A DNA stretch of 64,000 nucleotides from a bacterium (lineage in GTDB: Bacteria > NPL-UPA2 > JAUVJM01), in contig JAUWGW010000004.1 of the NCBI GenBank assembly GCA_030606215.1, positions 13,047-77,046 of the forward strand, in the 5' to 3' direction. The translations under genes were made by a program, and so were the position numbers. The notes under the pieces were generated by a model. That model saw only the letters and a program-made list of their open reading frames with translations, was not told the DNA's origin and did no database searches. Shown one piece after another: positions 9,772 through 19,455 of this stretch (the stretch's first letter is position 1; each line of letters opens with the position of its first letter).

Positions 9772-10809
9772 CTACTTGGTTTTCTCTTCAAGGGTGCGGA
9801 GTTTTCGCTCCAGTTCCCGAACAGTTTTTATAAGTTGCGGCACTCTCCGGAAATTTGCTTTCAGCCGTTTCTCTTCCTCATGAGGTTTTGCGGGGAAACC
9901 TGAAACACATGAATTTGGCGGGACACTCTTCGTAACTCCTGCTCTTGCGGCAACCGTAGCATTATCACCGACAGTTAAGTGCCCGGCAATTCCTGCTTGC
10001 CCTGCGACGGTTACTCCCTTCCCGAGAACTGCGGTACCGGAAATTCCAACCTGAGCAACAATAATGGAATTCTCACCTATAACTACATTATGAGCAATCT
10101 GGACGAGATTATCTATCTTCGTTCCTTTCCCGATGAGAGTTTTCCCAATGGTTGCTCTGTCTATTGTTACGTTCGCCCCGATTTCCACGTCATCTTCTAT
10201 AATCACGGTCCCGATTTGTGGAACCTTGTGGTGAACCCCTTTCACGGGAGCAAATCCAAACCCATCGCTGCCTATTACAGTTCCGCTGTGTATAATACAT
10301 CTTTTACCTATGGTTATCTTCTCCCTGATTGTTACGCGGGGGTAGACAAGTGTCTCATTTCCAATCCTGGATTTTCTGCCGACACATACCTGAGGGGAAA
10401 TTATGACATCATCACCAATCTCAACTTGATCTTCCAGAACAACATATGCCTGGACTGATACTCGCTTACCAAACTTTACTCCCCTACCAATAACAACCGT
10501 TGGATGAACTCCAACTGGAGGACCTGGTTCTCCATTACCGTTTGCCCAGAGTTCCATCACCTTTGTAAAAGCTAAATACGGGTCATCAGCCCGCACAAGT
10601 GCTCTGCGGCCATTCTGCACATCCCTGGAGACAATAACAGCCGACGCATTGGTTAAATTCATCAGCGATGCGTATTTGGAATTGGCTACGAAGGTTAGCT
10701 CGCCCTCCTTAGCTTCCTTTATCCCGGCAACTCCGCTGATGACTATATCCTCATCCCCAACTATCTCGCCATCAACAAGCGAAGCTATTTCTTTCAATGA
10801 AACTAACAT
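9772..10809 (-). CDS. lpxD: UDP-3-O-(3-hydroxyacyl)glucosamine N-acyltransferase
   Basis: Hexapeptide repeats, [28 protein letters not shown]. Confidence 0.97.
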   Translation of the reverse strand: MLVSLKEIASLVDGEIVGDEDIVISGVAGIKEAKEGELTFVANSKYASLMNLTNASAVIVSRDVQNGRRALVRADDPYLAFTKVMELWANGNGEPGPPVGVHPTVVIGRGVKFGKRVSVQAYVVLEDQVEIGDDVIISPQVCVGRKSRIGNETLVYPRVTIREKITIGKRCIIHSGTVIGSDGFGFAPVKGVHHKVPQIGTVIIEDDVEIGANVTIDRATIGKTLIGKGTKIDNLVQIAHNVVIGENSIIVAQVGISGTAVLGKGVTVAGQAGIAGHLTVGDNATVAARAGVTKSVPPNSCVSGFPAKPHEEEKRLKANFRRVPQLIKTVRELERKLRTLEEKTK

Positions 10810-10835
10810 CTATCTAACTCCCTGGTTCAGCAGAG

Positions 10836-10873
10836 AGGGCAGAGTAAAGAAGGAACCGAGCAAACTCTGCCCT
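10836..10873. other. hairpin in the lpxD leader (10-bp perfect IR)
   Basis: AGGGCAGAGT-18 nt-ACTCTGCCCT. Confidence 0.55.
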
Positions 10874-10937
10874 TTGAGGGCTTTTCTCTCCACTGAAGAA
10901 GCCAAATCTAATCTCGGGTAATCCATCACAACAAGAC

Positions 10938-10953
10938 AGCAATTTCCGTGCCA
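10938..10953 (-). promoter_or_regulatory. sigma54 (-24/-12) promoter
   Basis: Minus strand reads TGGCACGGAAATTGCT, matching consensus TGGCAC-N5-TTGCW, directly downstream of an NtrC-family activator gene. Confidence 0.85.
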
Positions 10954-11063
10954 GTTGCACACACCCCGGATGAAGCTCCTTCCTAAGCCCCCATTGTAGG
11001 ACAACTTGCGTCTACCCATTTTCCTTTCCCTGCTCTATCTACCTACCCACCGTCAGGCAGATT

Positions 11064-11083
11064 ATGTGGTATTTTTACTACAT
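11064..11083. promoter_or_regulatory. candidate upstream activator (bEBP enhancer) site
   Basis: Near-palindrome ATGTGGTA-TTTT-TACTACAT (TGT-N12-ACA type), about 110 bp upstream of the -24 element. Confidence 0.5.
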
Positions 11084-12448
11084 GCCTGATTTTGGTTCTA
11101 TGTCTAACTTCTTCAACTTCTCATAAAAATTTTTTCTATCCATACCTGAAAGCTTAGCGGCTTCTGTTATATTCCCACCAGTAGCTCTGAGTATCCCTGT
11201 AAAAAATTCTCTCTCAAACGATTCAAGAACTTCTTTTTTCGCATCCTGATACGAATCTATCTTAATATTATCCCACTTCCTGAGTGAAAGGTCAAGAGGA
11301 AGATCTTTATTCTGGAGGATTTTTCCTCTCGCGAGGACAACAGCCCTCTCTATAACATTTTCCAGTTCCCTGACATTACCAGGCCAGTCATAACTGGATA
11401 GCAGCTTCATTGCAGACGGTGAAATCTCTTTTATCTCTTTCCTGAGCTCGCGACTGTATAGACTCAGGAAATACTTCGCAAGAAGGGGGATATCTTCCGG
11501 TCTCTCCCTTAAAGGCGCTAACTCAATCGGAACTACATTTAAACGATAATACAGGTCTTCACGAAAAGTCCCTTCCCCTATTGCCTTCTTTAAATCCATA
11601 TTCGTTGCCGCAATAATCCGCACATCAACCCGAATAGTTCTTGTCCCGCCAACCCTCTCAAACTCCTTTGTCTCAATCACCCTCAGCAAACTACTCTGAA
11701 GAGCCTGACTCATAGCACCAACCTCATCCAGAAAAAGGCTCCCCCCATCAGCCAGTTCAAATCTCCCCCTATGGTCCGTATGAGCACCTGTGAAAGCTCC
11801 CTTAACATGTCCGAATAATTCTGATTCAAGAAGTGTTTCTGAAAGAGCCGCACAATTGACAACAATAAATGGCCTCTCAGCTCTTTTCCCGCCGAAATGT
11901 ATAGCTCGGGCAACAAGTTCTTTCCCTGTGCCACTCTCACCACATATAAGAACCGTGCTTTTTATATCAGCTACTTTTCCGATAAGTTCAGAGACTTCCT
12001 GTATCTGCGGGCTTGCGCTGATTATATTGAATTTAGTTTTTAGCTCCTCCTGTTGAAATTCTTTCTCTTTGACGAGGCGCTCTACATTTAGAGCTCTTGA
12101 CACTATAAGTTTCATTTCCTCTACATCAAAAGGCTTGAGAATATAATCGTATGCGCCCTGCTTCATAGCTTCCACTGCTGTCGCAACAGTCCCGTAGGCA
12201 GTCATTATAATGACAGGCAGTTTCTCATCAAGTTCTCTGATTCTCCTGAGCAGTTCCATTCCGTCCATCACGGGCATTTTCATGTCCGCAATAACAAGAT
12301 GAAATGCAGCTTCGGAAATCTTTTTTATAGCTTCTTCCCCATTTTTTGCTTCTGCCACAGAATACCCTTCCTCCTCAAGAGCTATCTGCAAGACCCGGCG
12401 CATCTTCAGTTCATCATCAACCACAAGAATATTCACCGCTCCGCTCAC
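11078..12448 (-). CDS. sigma54-dependent NtrC-family response regulator
   Basis: Receiver (VVDDE, DMKMP), GESGTGKE, GAFTGA, FREDLYYRL, WPGNVRELEN, Fis-type HTH. Confidence 0.96.
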   Translation of the reverse strand: MSGAVNILVVDDELKMRRVLQIALEEEGYSVAEAKNGEEAIKKISEAAFHLVIADMKMPVMDGMELLRRIRELDEKLPVIIMTAYGTVATAVEAMKQGAYDYILKPFDVEEMKLIVSRALNVERLVKEKEFQQEELKTKFNIISASPQIQEVSELIGKVADIKSTVLICGESGTGKELVARAIHFGGKRAERPFIVVNCAALSETLLESELFGHVKGAFTGAHTDHRGRFELADGGSLFLDEVGAMSQALQSSLLRVIETKEFERVGGTRTIRVDVRIIAATNMDLKKAIGEGTFREDLYYRLNVVPIELAPLRERPEDIPLLAKYFLSLYSRELRKEIKEISPSAMKLLSSYDWPGNVRELENVIERAVVLARGKILQNKDLPLDLSLRKWDNIKIDSYQDAKKEVLESFEREFFTGILRATGGNITEAAKLSGMDRKNFYEKLKKLDIEPKSGM

Positions 12449-12467
12449 AACTTTCTTTCCTCTGTCC

Positions 12468-14081
12468 CTATTTTTTTAGCCTTACTGTGAAAACACTTCC
12501 CTCATTAATCCTGCTTTTAACGGTAATTATCCCGTTGTGAGTTTCAATAATTTTATGGACAATCGAAAGTCCTAACCCCGACCCTTCATCCCTTGTAGAA
12601 AAAAACGGGTTGAAAATCTTCCCGAGTATTTCTCCTGGAATACCAATACCTGTATCAGCAAAACTTACCTCAACATAATTCCGATGAGAACCTATCTTAA
12701 CTGCAAGCTTCCCTCCATCCGGCATTGATTCGACAGCATTTATTATCAGATTTAAAAATGCCTGCGAAAGCTGTTCCGAATCAACTTTTGCCGGAGGCAT
12801 GTGAGCTTCAAAATCTTTTTCAATTTTGATATGCGCACCCGATAACCTTGGTTCTGCAAGATGAAGACTCCTCTCCACAATATCCTCTATTCTTCCTTCT
12901 TCCAGATTCAATTTTCTCGGTCTTGCAAAATCCAGGAAATTACTGACAACTCTGTCTAATCTATCAACCTCTTCCATTATGAAACTCGTCAGTTCCTTCG
13001 CTTTCTCATCCCCTCCGGCATTTTTCTTTAGAACCTGAGCTGAGCTTTTGATAATTCCAAGCGGATTTCTTATTTCATGAGCCACACCAGCAGATAGTTC
13101 CCCGAGCGCGGCGAGCCTATCCTTCCTCCGCAATTCTTCTTCAAGCTGTCTCAACTCTCTCAGCTTGCCTGTCATATGGTTGAATGCATTGCTTAATTCT
13201 GCAAGTTCCTCACTTGACCTGATATTCATTTCCTGATCCAAATCTCCTTCCGCTACTGCGTGCACACCCCTTGCAAATAGTCTGATAGGGTTGGATATAT
13301 GTTTTGCCATTGCATAACCAAGACCCCCTGCCATAATAATGCAAAGTCCGAGCAAAACCGGGAAAAAATACCACGTGGTCGTAGTTTCCGAAAACCCGTA
13401 GCGTTTTGGAATACCGAAGAAAATCATACCGGCAATCCTGCCTTCTCCGGTTCTGAGAGGCTGATAATACGCCTCATATTTCACTCCCTGAAACAAAGCG
13501 TTCTTATCATAATAAGCTTCCCCCCGACGGAAAGCTTCCTCCATCAACTCTACCTGTGTGCCGGGAGTCCGGCGTGATTCACCTTTCCTATAAAGAACAT
13601 TAACTTCAACATCAGTAAGAAGGGACATATCCTGCGCAAAACTTTTCCCGAGCTGATAACCGATTATTAAATCGCCGAGATAGTTCCCATCATAAGATAC
13701 GGAGGTAACTGCACCCGCAATTAGAGCTTCCGGCTTCTCAAGCTGGATGATATCCTTCCCATATGAATTCTTCTTCCCCCCATCTACCACCCACAGGATA
13801 AGAGGGTGCCCTGTCTGAATTACCCGCGGTGTCTCTCCACTGCGCAGGGAAGCTATAAAACCTGGATTATCAATCAAGAATTTCGCAATCTGTTCAGCAC
13901 GGTTTTCATAATCCTGGACTATTTTCATTGTCTTCTCAGACGCTTTCCTGATATCACTCTCCTTTTGCTTCTCAAGCCTTTTTGCATTCATACTGACTAC
14001 GATGACTGTTGATAGAAGCATCGGGATAAGCCCTATGAACAAAAAAGCCGCTATGAGTTTATTCTGAAGTTTCGCTAACAT
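12468..14081 (-). CDS. HAMP-domain sensor histidine kinase (NtrY/PilS-like)
   Basis: Two TM helices, periplasmic domain, HAMP, AHEIRNPL H-box, NA/DTG/GSGLGL boxes. Confidence 0.94.
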   Translation of the reverse strand: MLAKLQNKLIAAFLFIGLIPMLLSTVIVVSMNAKRLEKQKESDIRKASEKTMKIVQDYENRAEQIAKFLIDNPGFIASLRSGETPRVIQTGHPLILWVVDGGKKNSYGKDIIQLEKPEALIAGAVTSVSYDGNYLGDLIIGYQLGKSFAQDMSLLTDVEVNVLYRKGESRRTPGTQVELMEEAFRRGEAYYDKNALFQGVKYEAYYQPLRTGEGRIAGMIFFGIPKRYGFSETTTTWYFFPVLLGLCIIMAGGLGYAMAKHISNPIRLFARGVHAVAEGDLDQEMNIRSSEELAELSNAFNHMTGKLRELRQLEEELRRKDRLAALGELSAGVAHEIRNPLGIIKSSAQVLKKNAGGDEKAKELTSFIMEEVDRLDRVVSNFLDFARPRKLNLEEGRIEDIVERSLHLAEPRLSGAHIKIEKDFEAHMPPAKVDSEQLSQAFLNLIINAVESMPDGGKLAVKIGSHRNYVEVSFADTGIGIPGEILGKIFNPFFSTRDEGSGLGLSIVHKIIETHNGIITVKSRINEGSVFTVRLKK

Positions 14082-15342
14082 ACCCGAGTCTTTCCCTGAG
14101 ACGGTTCTGCAAGTTTTGAGGGAACTCTCCCTCAAGAACTCGCTTCACAACGGAATCCCTCATTACCTTGAACGGGGGTAATCTATAATTCTCGTTATCA
14201 CCATATTTCTCCATATACTTTTTCCATATAAGCTTCGCAAGATTCTCAAGCCCGGCTGATTTCTCATCATCACCAATTGCAAGCGACATAAGTGCCTGTC
14301 TCAATATCCCATGAATCAGCGCTGACATTTCAAGCGGAGAAGCTCCCTTGATATTTTCTCTTATACGGGCGAATATATAGTCTTCAAAGGGCAGACGATA
14401 GTGAACAGGGTTTAATTTCCGCAGTCTCCTGTAGCACTCAAGAGATTTCCTGTTCTGACCATAGGTATAAAGAAGCATCACAGATGATTGAAGAAAATTT
14501 TCATGTGCTGATGCTAACCCAGTTTCTCTTCCGTACTTCTCCATCATCTCACGGTAGAGGCGGTCTGCAGTATCTAAGAACCTGAAATCCGGTTCTGTTA
14601 GAATAAACCCCGCAGGTGTTCTGACAAACCTCCCTGTCTCACACAAGCTAATGACTGCGTGAAGGATGAGTCTGTCGTAGTTGAGAGCTTGTTCTTCCCC
14701 GGAAACCTCAACTCCCTTTGTAAGCCAGTATATAGCATGGGACTGTGCCAGCCTCCAGTCAAGCGGCCCATAAATTTCCGTCAGTTCCAACATACGCTCC
14801 GGTTCAAGTTTCAACTCCTCCATCTCTTCAGAAAGTTTCATCTTGTAATACCAGTGAAACCTATCATGAAACTTGCCAATCTTATGAAGATATATCCACG
14901 CAAGTTCGCGGTAAAGCAGAGTGCTTCTCGGATTATATTTTAACCCCTCATCTCTCAACAATTCAATCCCGCGTTTTATCCAGGTCCAGCGTTCCTCCGC
15001 AGACGGCAATTCCACTGATATATTATAAGCCATGTTCCATGCATTATGCCCCCAGACCATCTCCATTCTCGGCTCCATCTTCCCTATCCAATCATAAATC
15101 TGGACCAGTTCAAAGAATTTGCCTGAGCGTTGTAACTCCATCGCCCTGATCCAGAGATAGTCCACAATAATGCCGCGAAATCCTCCAAGAGCCGTTGTCG
15201 CAAGGACAAGTTCAGGTGGAGCGCTTTCAAAAGGCGATGACAAAAGTTGGAACTCATCTCTTCCCTCATTCAGCTTCCCCAAACACAGGTGTGTAAGGGA
15301 GAAAAACACTACTATGAGAAGAAGAATAACTACACGCTTCAT
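14059..15342 (-). CDS. exported helical/TPR-like protein (PVC 'IRE'-type; PilG/XapA-like N-terminus)
   Basis: N-terminal hydrophobic segment, then LGGFRGIIVDYLWIRA and AWNMAYNISV motifs; helical composition. Confidence 0.6.
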   Translation of the reverse strand: MKRVVILLLIVVFFSLTHLCLGKLNEGRDEFQLLSSPFESAPPELVLATTALGGFRGIIVDYLWIRAMELQRSGKFFELVQIYDWIGKMEPRMEMVWGHNAWNMAYNISVELPSAEERWTWIKRGIELLRDEGLKYNPRSTLLYRELAWIYLHKIGKFHDRFHWYYKMKLSEEMEELKLEPERMLELTEIYGPLDWRLAQSHAIYWLTKGVEVSGEEQALNYDRLILHAVISLCETGRFVRTPAGFILTEPDFRFLDTADRLYREMMEKYGRETGLASAHENFLQSSVMLLYTYGQNRKSLECYRRLRKLNPVHYRLPFEDYIFARIRENIKGASPLEMSALIHGILRQALMSLAIGDDEKSAGLENLAKLIWKKYMEKYGDNENYRLPPFKVMRDSVVKRVLEGEFPQNLQNRLRERLGYVSETSE

Positions 15343-15348
15343 ATTGCC

Positions 15349-16605
15349 TCACAGGTATCCCATATTTGCCAGCTCACGACGGTTGAATATAAGATGCGCA
15401 ATAACTCCAATCATCCCACAGCGTAATAAAACTATTGCCGCAAATCCCTTCAAAACCACAGCCCATCTAATTAAAATGCCGCTTACTACATATGGGACAG
15501 GGTCGTATGCTCTCAAATCCGGGAAAACCTTCAATCCGGCTGCCAAAAATTTTCTTACAAATGCAGTGGTCAATCCAGTGTGACCGGAGTCCAATCCCAC
15601 CTCAGGAAATAAAAAACTCTGTTTTAGAAGCGCATCAATAAACGGAAAACTGAGACTCATCACAAGTACAAATATAGAAAGCAATGTCGCTACAGGGAAT
15701 GTCAGAAATGTAGATGAAGCCAATCCAACAGCCGAAATAAAAGTAACTCTCAAAAGTATCAGAAGTATCCCGCGAAACAAGTTCCCGCCAAATCCACCCG
15801 CGCGGTAAAGAACAATTACATCGTCATGAGGGAATATTGCTGTAACACCGCTCGGGGAAATGTTCATAAACTTCACATTGAGTCTTCCCTCAGGAGAAAC
15901 AACTGACGCAGGAACCTGAAATTCATGAAATGTCCCCCCAGGGAAGGCAGTTGTCTGCCGGTAAAAACCCCTCTCCATATTCCCAACTGTCCAGACGCCG
16001 GCTATTTCAACATTTGGAGCACCTGAGGAGAAATTTCTGAACTTTATATGAATGATGTCCTCAGACGGTTTTATCCCGTGAAATTCCCATTCCCGCTCAT
16101 GGTGCGGCAGGACAACAAATGTAGACTTTTTACCCTCAATAGCTTTCGGTTTTGTCTCTACCCTCGCAGTCACAACCTGCGTTTTGATCTTAAATTGCTC
16201 CTGCTCCCCCCCTTCAACGGGTCTTGCAATATATTTCACAAGTCCATAAATTGCTCCTCCCGCGCATACAAGCAGTACCATATTAAGCGCCACCACACCA
16301 ACCCATTTCCCTGCGAGAACTTCCCATCTCCTCACAGGTTTTGTGTCAATTGTGAATATAGTCTTATCGCGGATATCAGCACAGAACGTTGAAGTTGACA
16401 GGAATATCGTCAGAAGAGATAGAACAATGTTCAGAACGCTGAGCGAATAGGCAAGTGTTATCTGAACCTTCCCTTTCTGTGTATCACTTTCCAGGGTAAA
16501 TGGGATTGAGACAACTACTGCTATGAGGAAAAACACAAATGCTATTACAAGTTTCATCCTCATCCCGTGACGAATTGTGTTAATTGCAATAGCCAGTAAT
16601 TTCAT
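15349..16605 (-). CDS. ABC-2 type permease with large extracytoplasmic insert
   Basis: AIAINT, IFTIDTKPVRRWEVLAGKW, F.RRE C-terminus; ~150 aa soluble insert between TM blocks. Confidence 0.85.
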   Translation of the reverse strand: MKLLAIAINTIRHGMRMKLVIAFVFFLIAVVVSIPFTLESDTQKGKVQITLAYSLSVLNIVLSLLTIFLSTSTFCADIRDKTIFTIDTKPVRRWEVLAGKWVGVVALNMVLLVCAGGAIYGLVKYIARPVEGGEQEQFKIKTQVVTARVETKPKAIEGKKSTFVVLPHHEREWEFHGIKPSEDIIHIKFRNFSSGAPNVEIAGVWTVGNMERGFYRQTTAFPGGTFHEFQVPASVVSPEGRLNVKFMNISPSGVTAIFPHDDVIVLYRAGGFGGNLFRGILLILLRVTFISAVGLASSTFLTFPVATLLSIFVLVMSLSFPFIDALLKQSFLFPEVGLDSGHTGLTTAFVRKFLAAGLKVFPDLRAYDPVPYVVSGILIRWAVVLKGFAAIVLLRCGMIGVIAHLIFNRRELANMGYL

Positions 16606-17543
16606 TCGTTCTCTGTTAGTCTTTTGATGACAGACTTCCTGGGTGGTGGTGACTCAGCTTCTTCAGTCCGGGTTATCTGCTCTTTCCCTCCTGGAGACTC
16701 AAAACTGTGGACTGTTTCAAGGAAAAACTCTTCCAGAGATTCCATCGGCTTTGTTAGTTCTGCCTCAGCCCCTTTCTCCTCTTCATTTATAATGTTTAGA
16801 ACCTTTTCGACTGTTTCTTTGGAAATGTTAGATGCTGAAATCTGAGTAACATCCTTCATTGTGAGGAGTTCATCTACTTTCCCCTCTGCAATTAACCTGC
16901 CTTCGTAGAGGATTGCGATTCTATCACACACGTCTTCAACATCAGCAAGGAGGTGACTTGAGAGAAAAACAGTTTTTCCTCTCTTTTTCAGCTTCAGAAT
17001 GAGGTCTTTCACCTCCCGCCTCCCTACCGGGTCAAGTCCACTTGTTGCCTCATCAAGAATCAGGAGGTCAGGGTCATTAATCAGAGCCTGCGCAAAGCCG
17101 ATTCTCCTCGCCATACCTTTTGAATACTCGCCCACGGGGCGGGTTCTTGATGGAGCTAACCCTAACATCTTCAGGAGTTTCTCCCCGCGCTTCTTTCGTT
17201 CACCTGAGGGCAGTTCAAAAAGCCGCCCATAAAAATCCAGGGTCTCGCCGGCATTGAGATAGTTGTAGAAATAGGACTCTTCAGGGAGGAAACCGACGCG
17301 TGTTTTTGACAGGCTATCCCTTGGAGATAATCCGAAAATCCTTACAATCCCCGAAGTGGGGAAAAGAAGTCCGAGCATGAGTTTTATCGCTGTGGTTTTA
17401 CCAGAACCATTTGGACCAAGCAAACCAAATACTTCGCCGCCATGTACGGTAAGGTTTAAATTATCAACGGCTCGGACCTTGTCTCTGTGCCAGAAATCCT
17501 TGAATACTTTTGTCAGCCCTATAGTCTCAATAACAGGTTTCAT
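16602..17543 (-). CDS. ABC transporter ATP-binding protein (PilH/XapD-like)
   Basis: GPNGSGKTT, YSKGM signature, LILDEATSGLDP, SSH. Confidence 0.93.
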   Translation of the reverse strand: MKPVIETIGLTKVFKDFWHRDKVRAVDNLNLTVHGGEVFGLLGPNGSGKTTAIKLMLGLLFPTSGIVRIFGLSPRDSLSKTRVGFLPEESYFYNYLNAGETLDFYGRLFELPSGERKKRGEKLLKMLGLAPSRTRPVGEYSKGMARRIGFAQALINDPDLLILDEATSGLDPVGRREVKDLILKLKKRGKTVFLSSHLLADVEDVCDRIAILYEGRLIAEGKVDELLTMKDVTQISASNISKETVEKVLNIINEEEKGAEAELTKPMESLEEFFLETVHSFESPGGKEQITRTEEAESPPPRKSVIKRLTENE

Positions 17544-17559
17544 ATTCAGAAATTCAACT

Positions 17560-19455
17560 TCACTGGGTGTATCCAACAAGGCGTGCGCTGTTGAACACAA
17601 CTACTAATGAAATAACCATGTAGAAAATAGCCGCTATAATCGGGGTAAGAATCCCCGCGCCAGAAAGTGTCAATCCACCAATTATGCATAAGACTGCAAA
17701 GGCAAGATTCTGATAGACAATTCGCATCGCCCTCCGTGAGAGTTTTATCAGAAAAGGCAGCCGCCCCAAATCAGAGCTCATAAGAGCAATTGTCGCACTG
17801 TTTATCGCTACATCACTCCCTGCAGCGCCCATTGCCACCCCGATATCTCCAGCCGCCAGCGCAGGCGCATCATTCACACCATCACCCACAACAGCTACTC
17901 TGTGCTCCCTTTTCTTCATCTCACCGACTAATTGAAGTTTTCTCTCGGGCAGACATTCAGCTTCAAACTGAGTGCACCCAAGCTCATCTGAAACCCTCCT
18001 CGCTACCGGTTCCTTATCACCGGTAAACATCATCACCTCTCTGAGCCCGAGTTTTTTGAGTTCATCAACTGCATCCCTCGCCCCAGACCTCGTCCTGTCC
18101 TCAAGCCCGACACAACCTATACACTTCCCACCCTTCGCTACGAAAAGAGCGCTCAGCCCTTCCATTCCGCTGCTCTGAATGAGATTCGTGTCAACACCCT
18201 GCTCGGCTAACCATCGCTCCCTGCCAATGTGGACTGCCTCCCCTTTGAGAACTGCCGTCACGCCTCTCCCTGCTACCTCCTTGAAATCCCTGCATTCATC
18301 AAATTCAAGTTCCGCTTCTTTCGCTACCTGAACAATCGCCTTAGCCATCGGGTGATTACTATGCCTTTCAACCGAACCGGCTATCCTGAGAAGTTCCTCA
18401 GCAGAAACATTTCCCGCAGGGAGAAGGCGTTTCACAGCAAGCTCCCCGGTTGTAAGTGTTCCTGTCTTATCAAATGCAATTGCAGTCAGCCCCCCTGCCA
18501 GTTCAATATCCCCGACATTTTTGATAAGGACACCCATCCTCGCCGCACACGCAAGAGCGGCCACCATTGCTGTTGGCATTGCGAGTATTACCGCAGTTGG
18601 GCAGCTGACAACAAGAGCCGTGATTGCTCTTGTTGTCTCGCGTGTGAAGAAAAATATTGTCCCTGCAACCATTACTACAACAGGCGTATACCAGCCCATG
18701 TAGCGGTCCATCATACGCATTATTGGGAGTCTCGTCTCTTGAGCCTGAATTATCAGCGTTCTGACTCTTCCAAGAATCGTTTCCGTTCCTGCCCTTATCA
18801 CCCTGACCCTCAGAAGAGAAGTGAGATTAGTTGTGCCTGCAAATATATCATCCCCTTCAGTCTTATCAGCCGGCATAGACTCTCCTGTAATTGTCGCTTC
18901 ATTTATTGCACTTGCTCCCTCAAGAATCACACCATCTGCAGGCACGTTTTCACCAGGACGTATTAATATGATTTGTCCCGGAGAAAGTTTCTCCGCAGGA
19001 ATTTCCACTTCAGACCCATCTTCTCTCAAAAATCTTGCCTTTCTCGGACTTAAAACAACTAATTTCTCAAGTGCGGCGTGAGCTCCAATAGCCGCCCTCC
19101 TTTCCACAAGTTCTGCTATCAGCATAAAGAAAGCCACAATACCTGCTGTCTGATAATCTTGAAGTGCAAAACAGGCAATGAGAGCCAGCGCTACAAGTTC
19201 AGACATCCTCTGTTCACCGCGAATAAGGCCGCCTGCCGCATTCCAAATAATTGGAACACTCAAAATAACCGCTCCAATCATAGCGCTTATAGCGCTGATT
19301 TGAGCTTCACCGAAAAAAGCATCCGCAAGGAACGAGTTAATTACAAGAGCCGCCCCAAGAAAAGTTCCTGTCAGGCGGAGCATTACCCTCCGCTCTCTTG
19401 CCTCAACAGGTTCTTTATTTTTCCGGTCCAATGATATACCTGATTTCTCCTTCAT
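17560..19455 (-). CDS. P1B-type (heavy-metal-type) P-type ATPase without N-terminal metal-binding domain
   Basis: TGES, SCP membrane motif, DKTGT, SNHP, GDGVNDAPAL. Confidence 0.93.
   Translation of the reverse strand: MKEKSGISLDRKNKEPVEARERRVMLRLTGTFLGAALVINSFLADAFFGEAQISAISAMIGAVILSVPIIWNAAGGLIRGEQRMSELVALALIACFALQDYQTAGIVAFFMLIAELVERRAAIGAHAALEKLVVLSPRKARFLREDGSEVEIPAEKLSPGQIILIRPGENVPADGVILEGASAINEATITGESMPADKTEGDDIFAGTTNLTSLLRVRVIRAGTETILGRVRTLIIQAQETRLPIMRMMDRYMGWYTPVVVMVAGTIFFFTRETTRAITALVVSCPTAVILAMPTAMVAALACAARMGVLIKNVGDIELAGGLTAIAFDKTGTLTTGELAVKRLLPAGNVSAEELLRIAGSVERHSNHPMAKAIVQVAKEAELEFDECRDFKEVAGRGVTAVLKGEAVHIGRERWLAEQGVDTNLIQSSGMEGLSALFVAKGGKCIGCVGLEDRTRSGARDAVDELKKLGLREVMMFTGDKEPVARRVSDELGCTQFEAECLPERKLQLVGEMKKREHRVAVVGDGVNDAPALAAGDIGVAMGAAGSDVAINSATIALMSSDLGRLPFLIKLSRRAMRIVYQNLAFAVLCIIGGLTLSGAGILTPIIAAIFYMVISLVVVFNSARLVGYTQ

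Noticed and set aside
10810-11019. 69-aa ORF between the activator and lpxD
   Set aside because: Spans the sigma54 promoter and has no recognisable motifs; a shorter leader peptide cannot be excluded but is unsupported.
11041-11063. ACCTACCCACCGTCAGGCAG, resembling CCTGCC-GGCAGG-type repeats (also GGCAAGCTTGCC in ychF)
   Set aside because: Too short and degenerate to establish as a repeat family from this window.
18229-18966. 245-aa + strand ORF and the many other antisense ORFs in the track
   Set aside because: Shadows of well-supported genes on the opposite strand.
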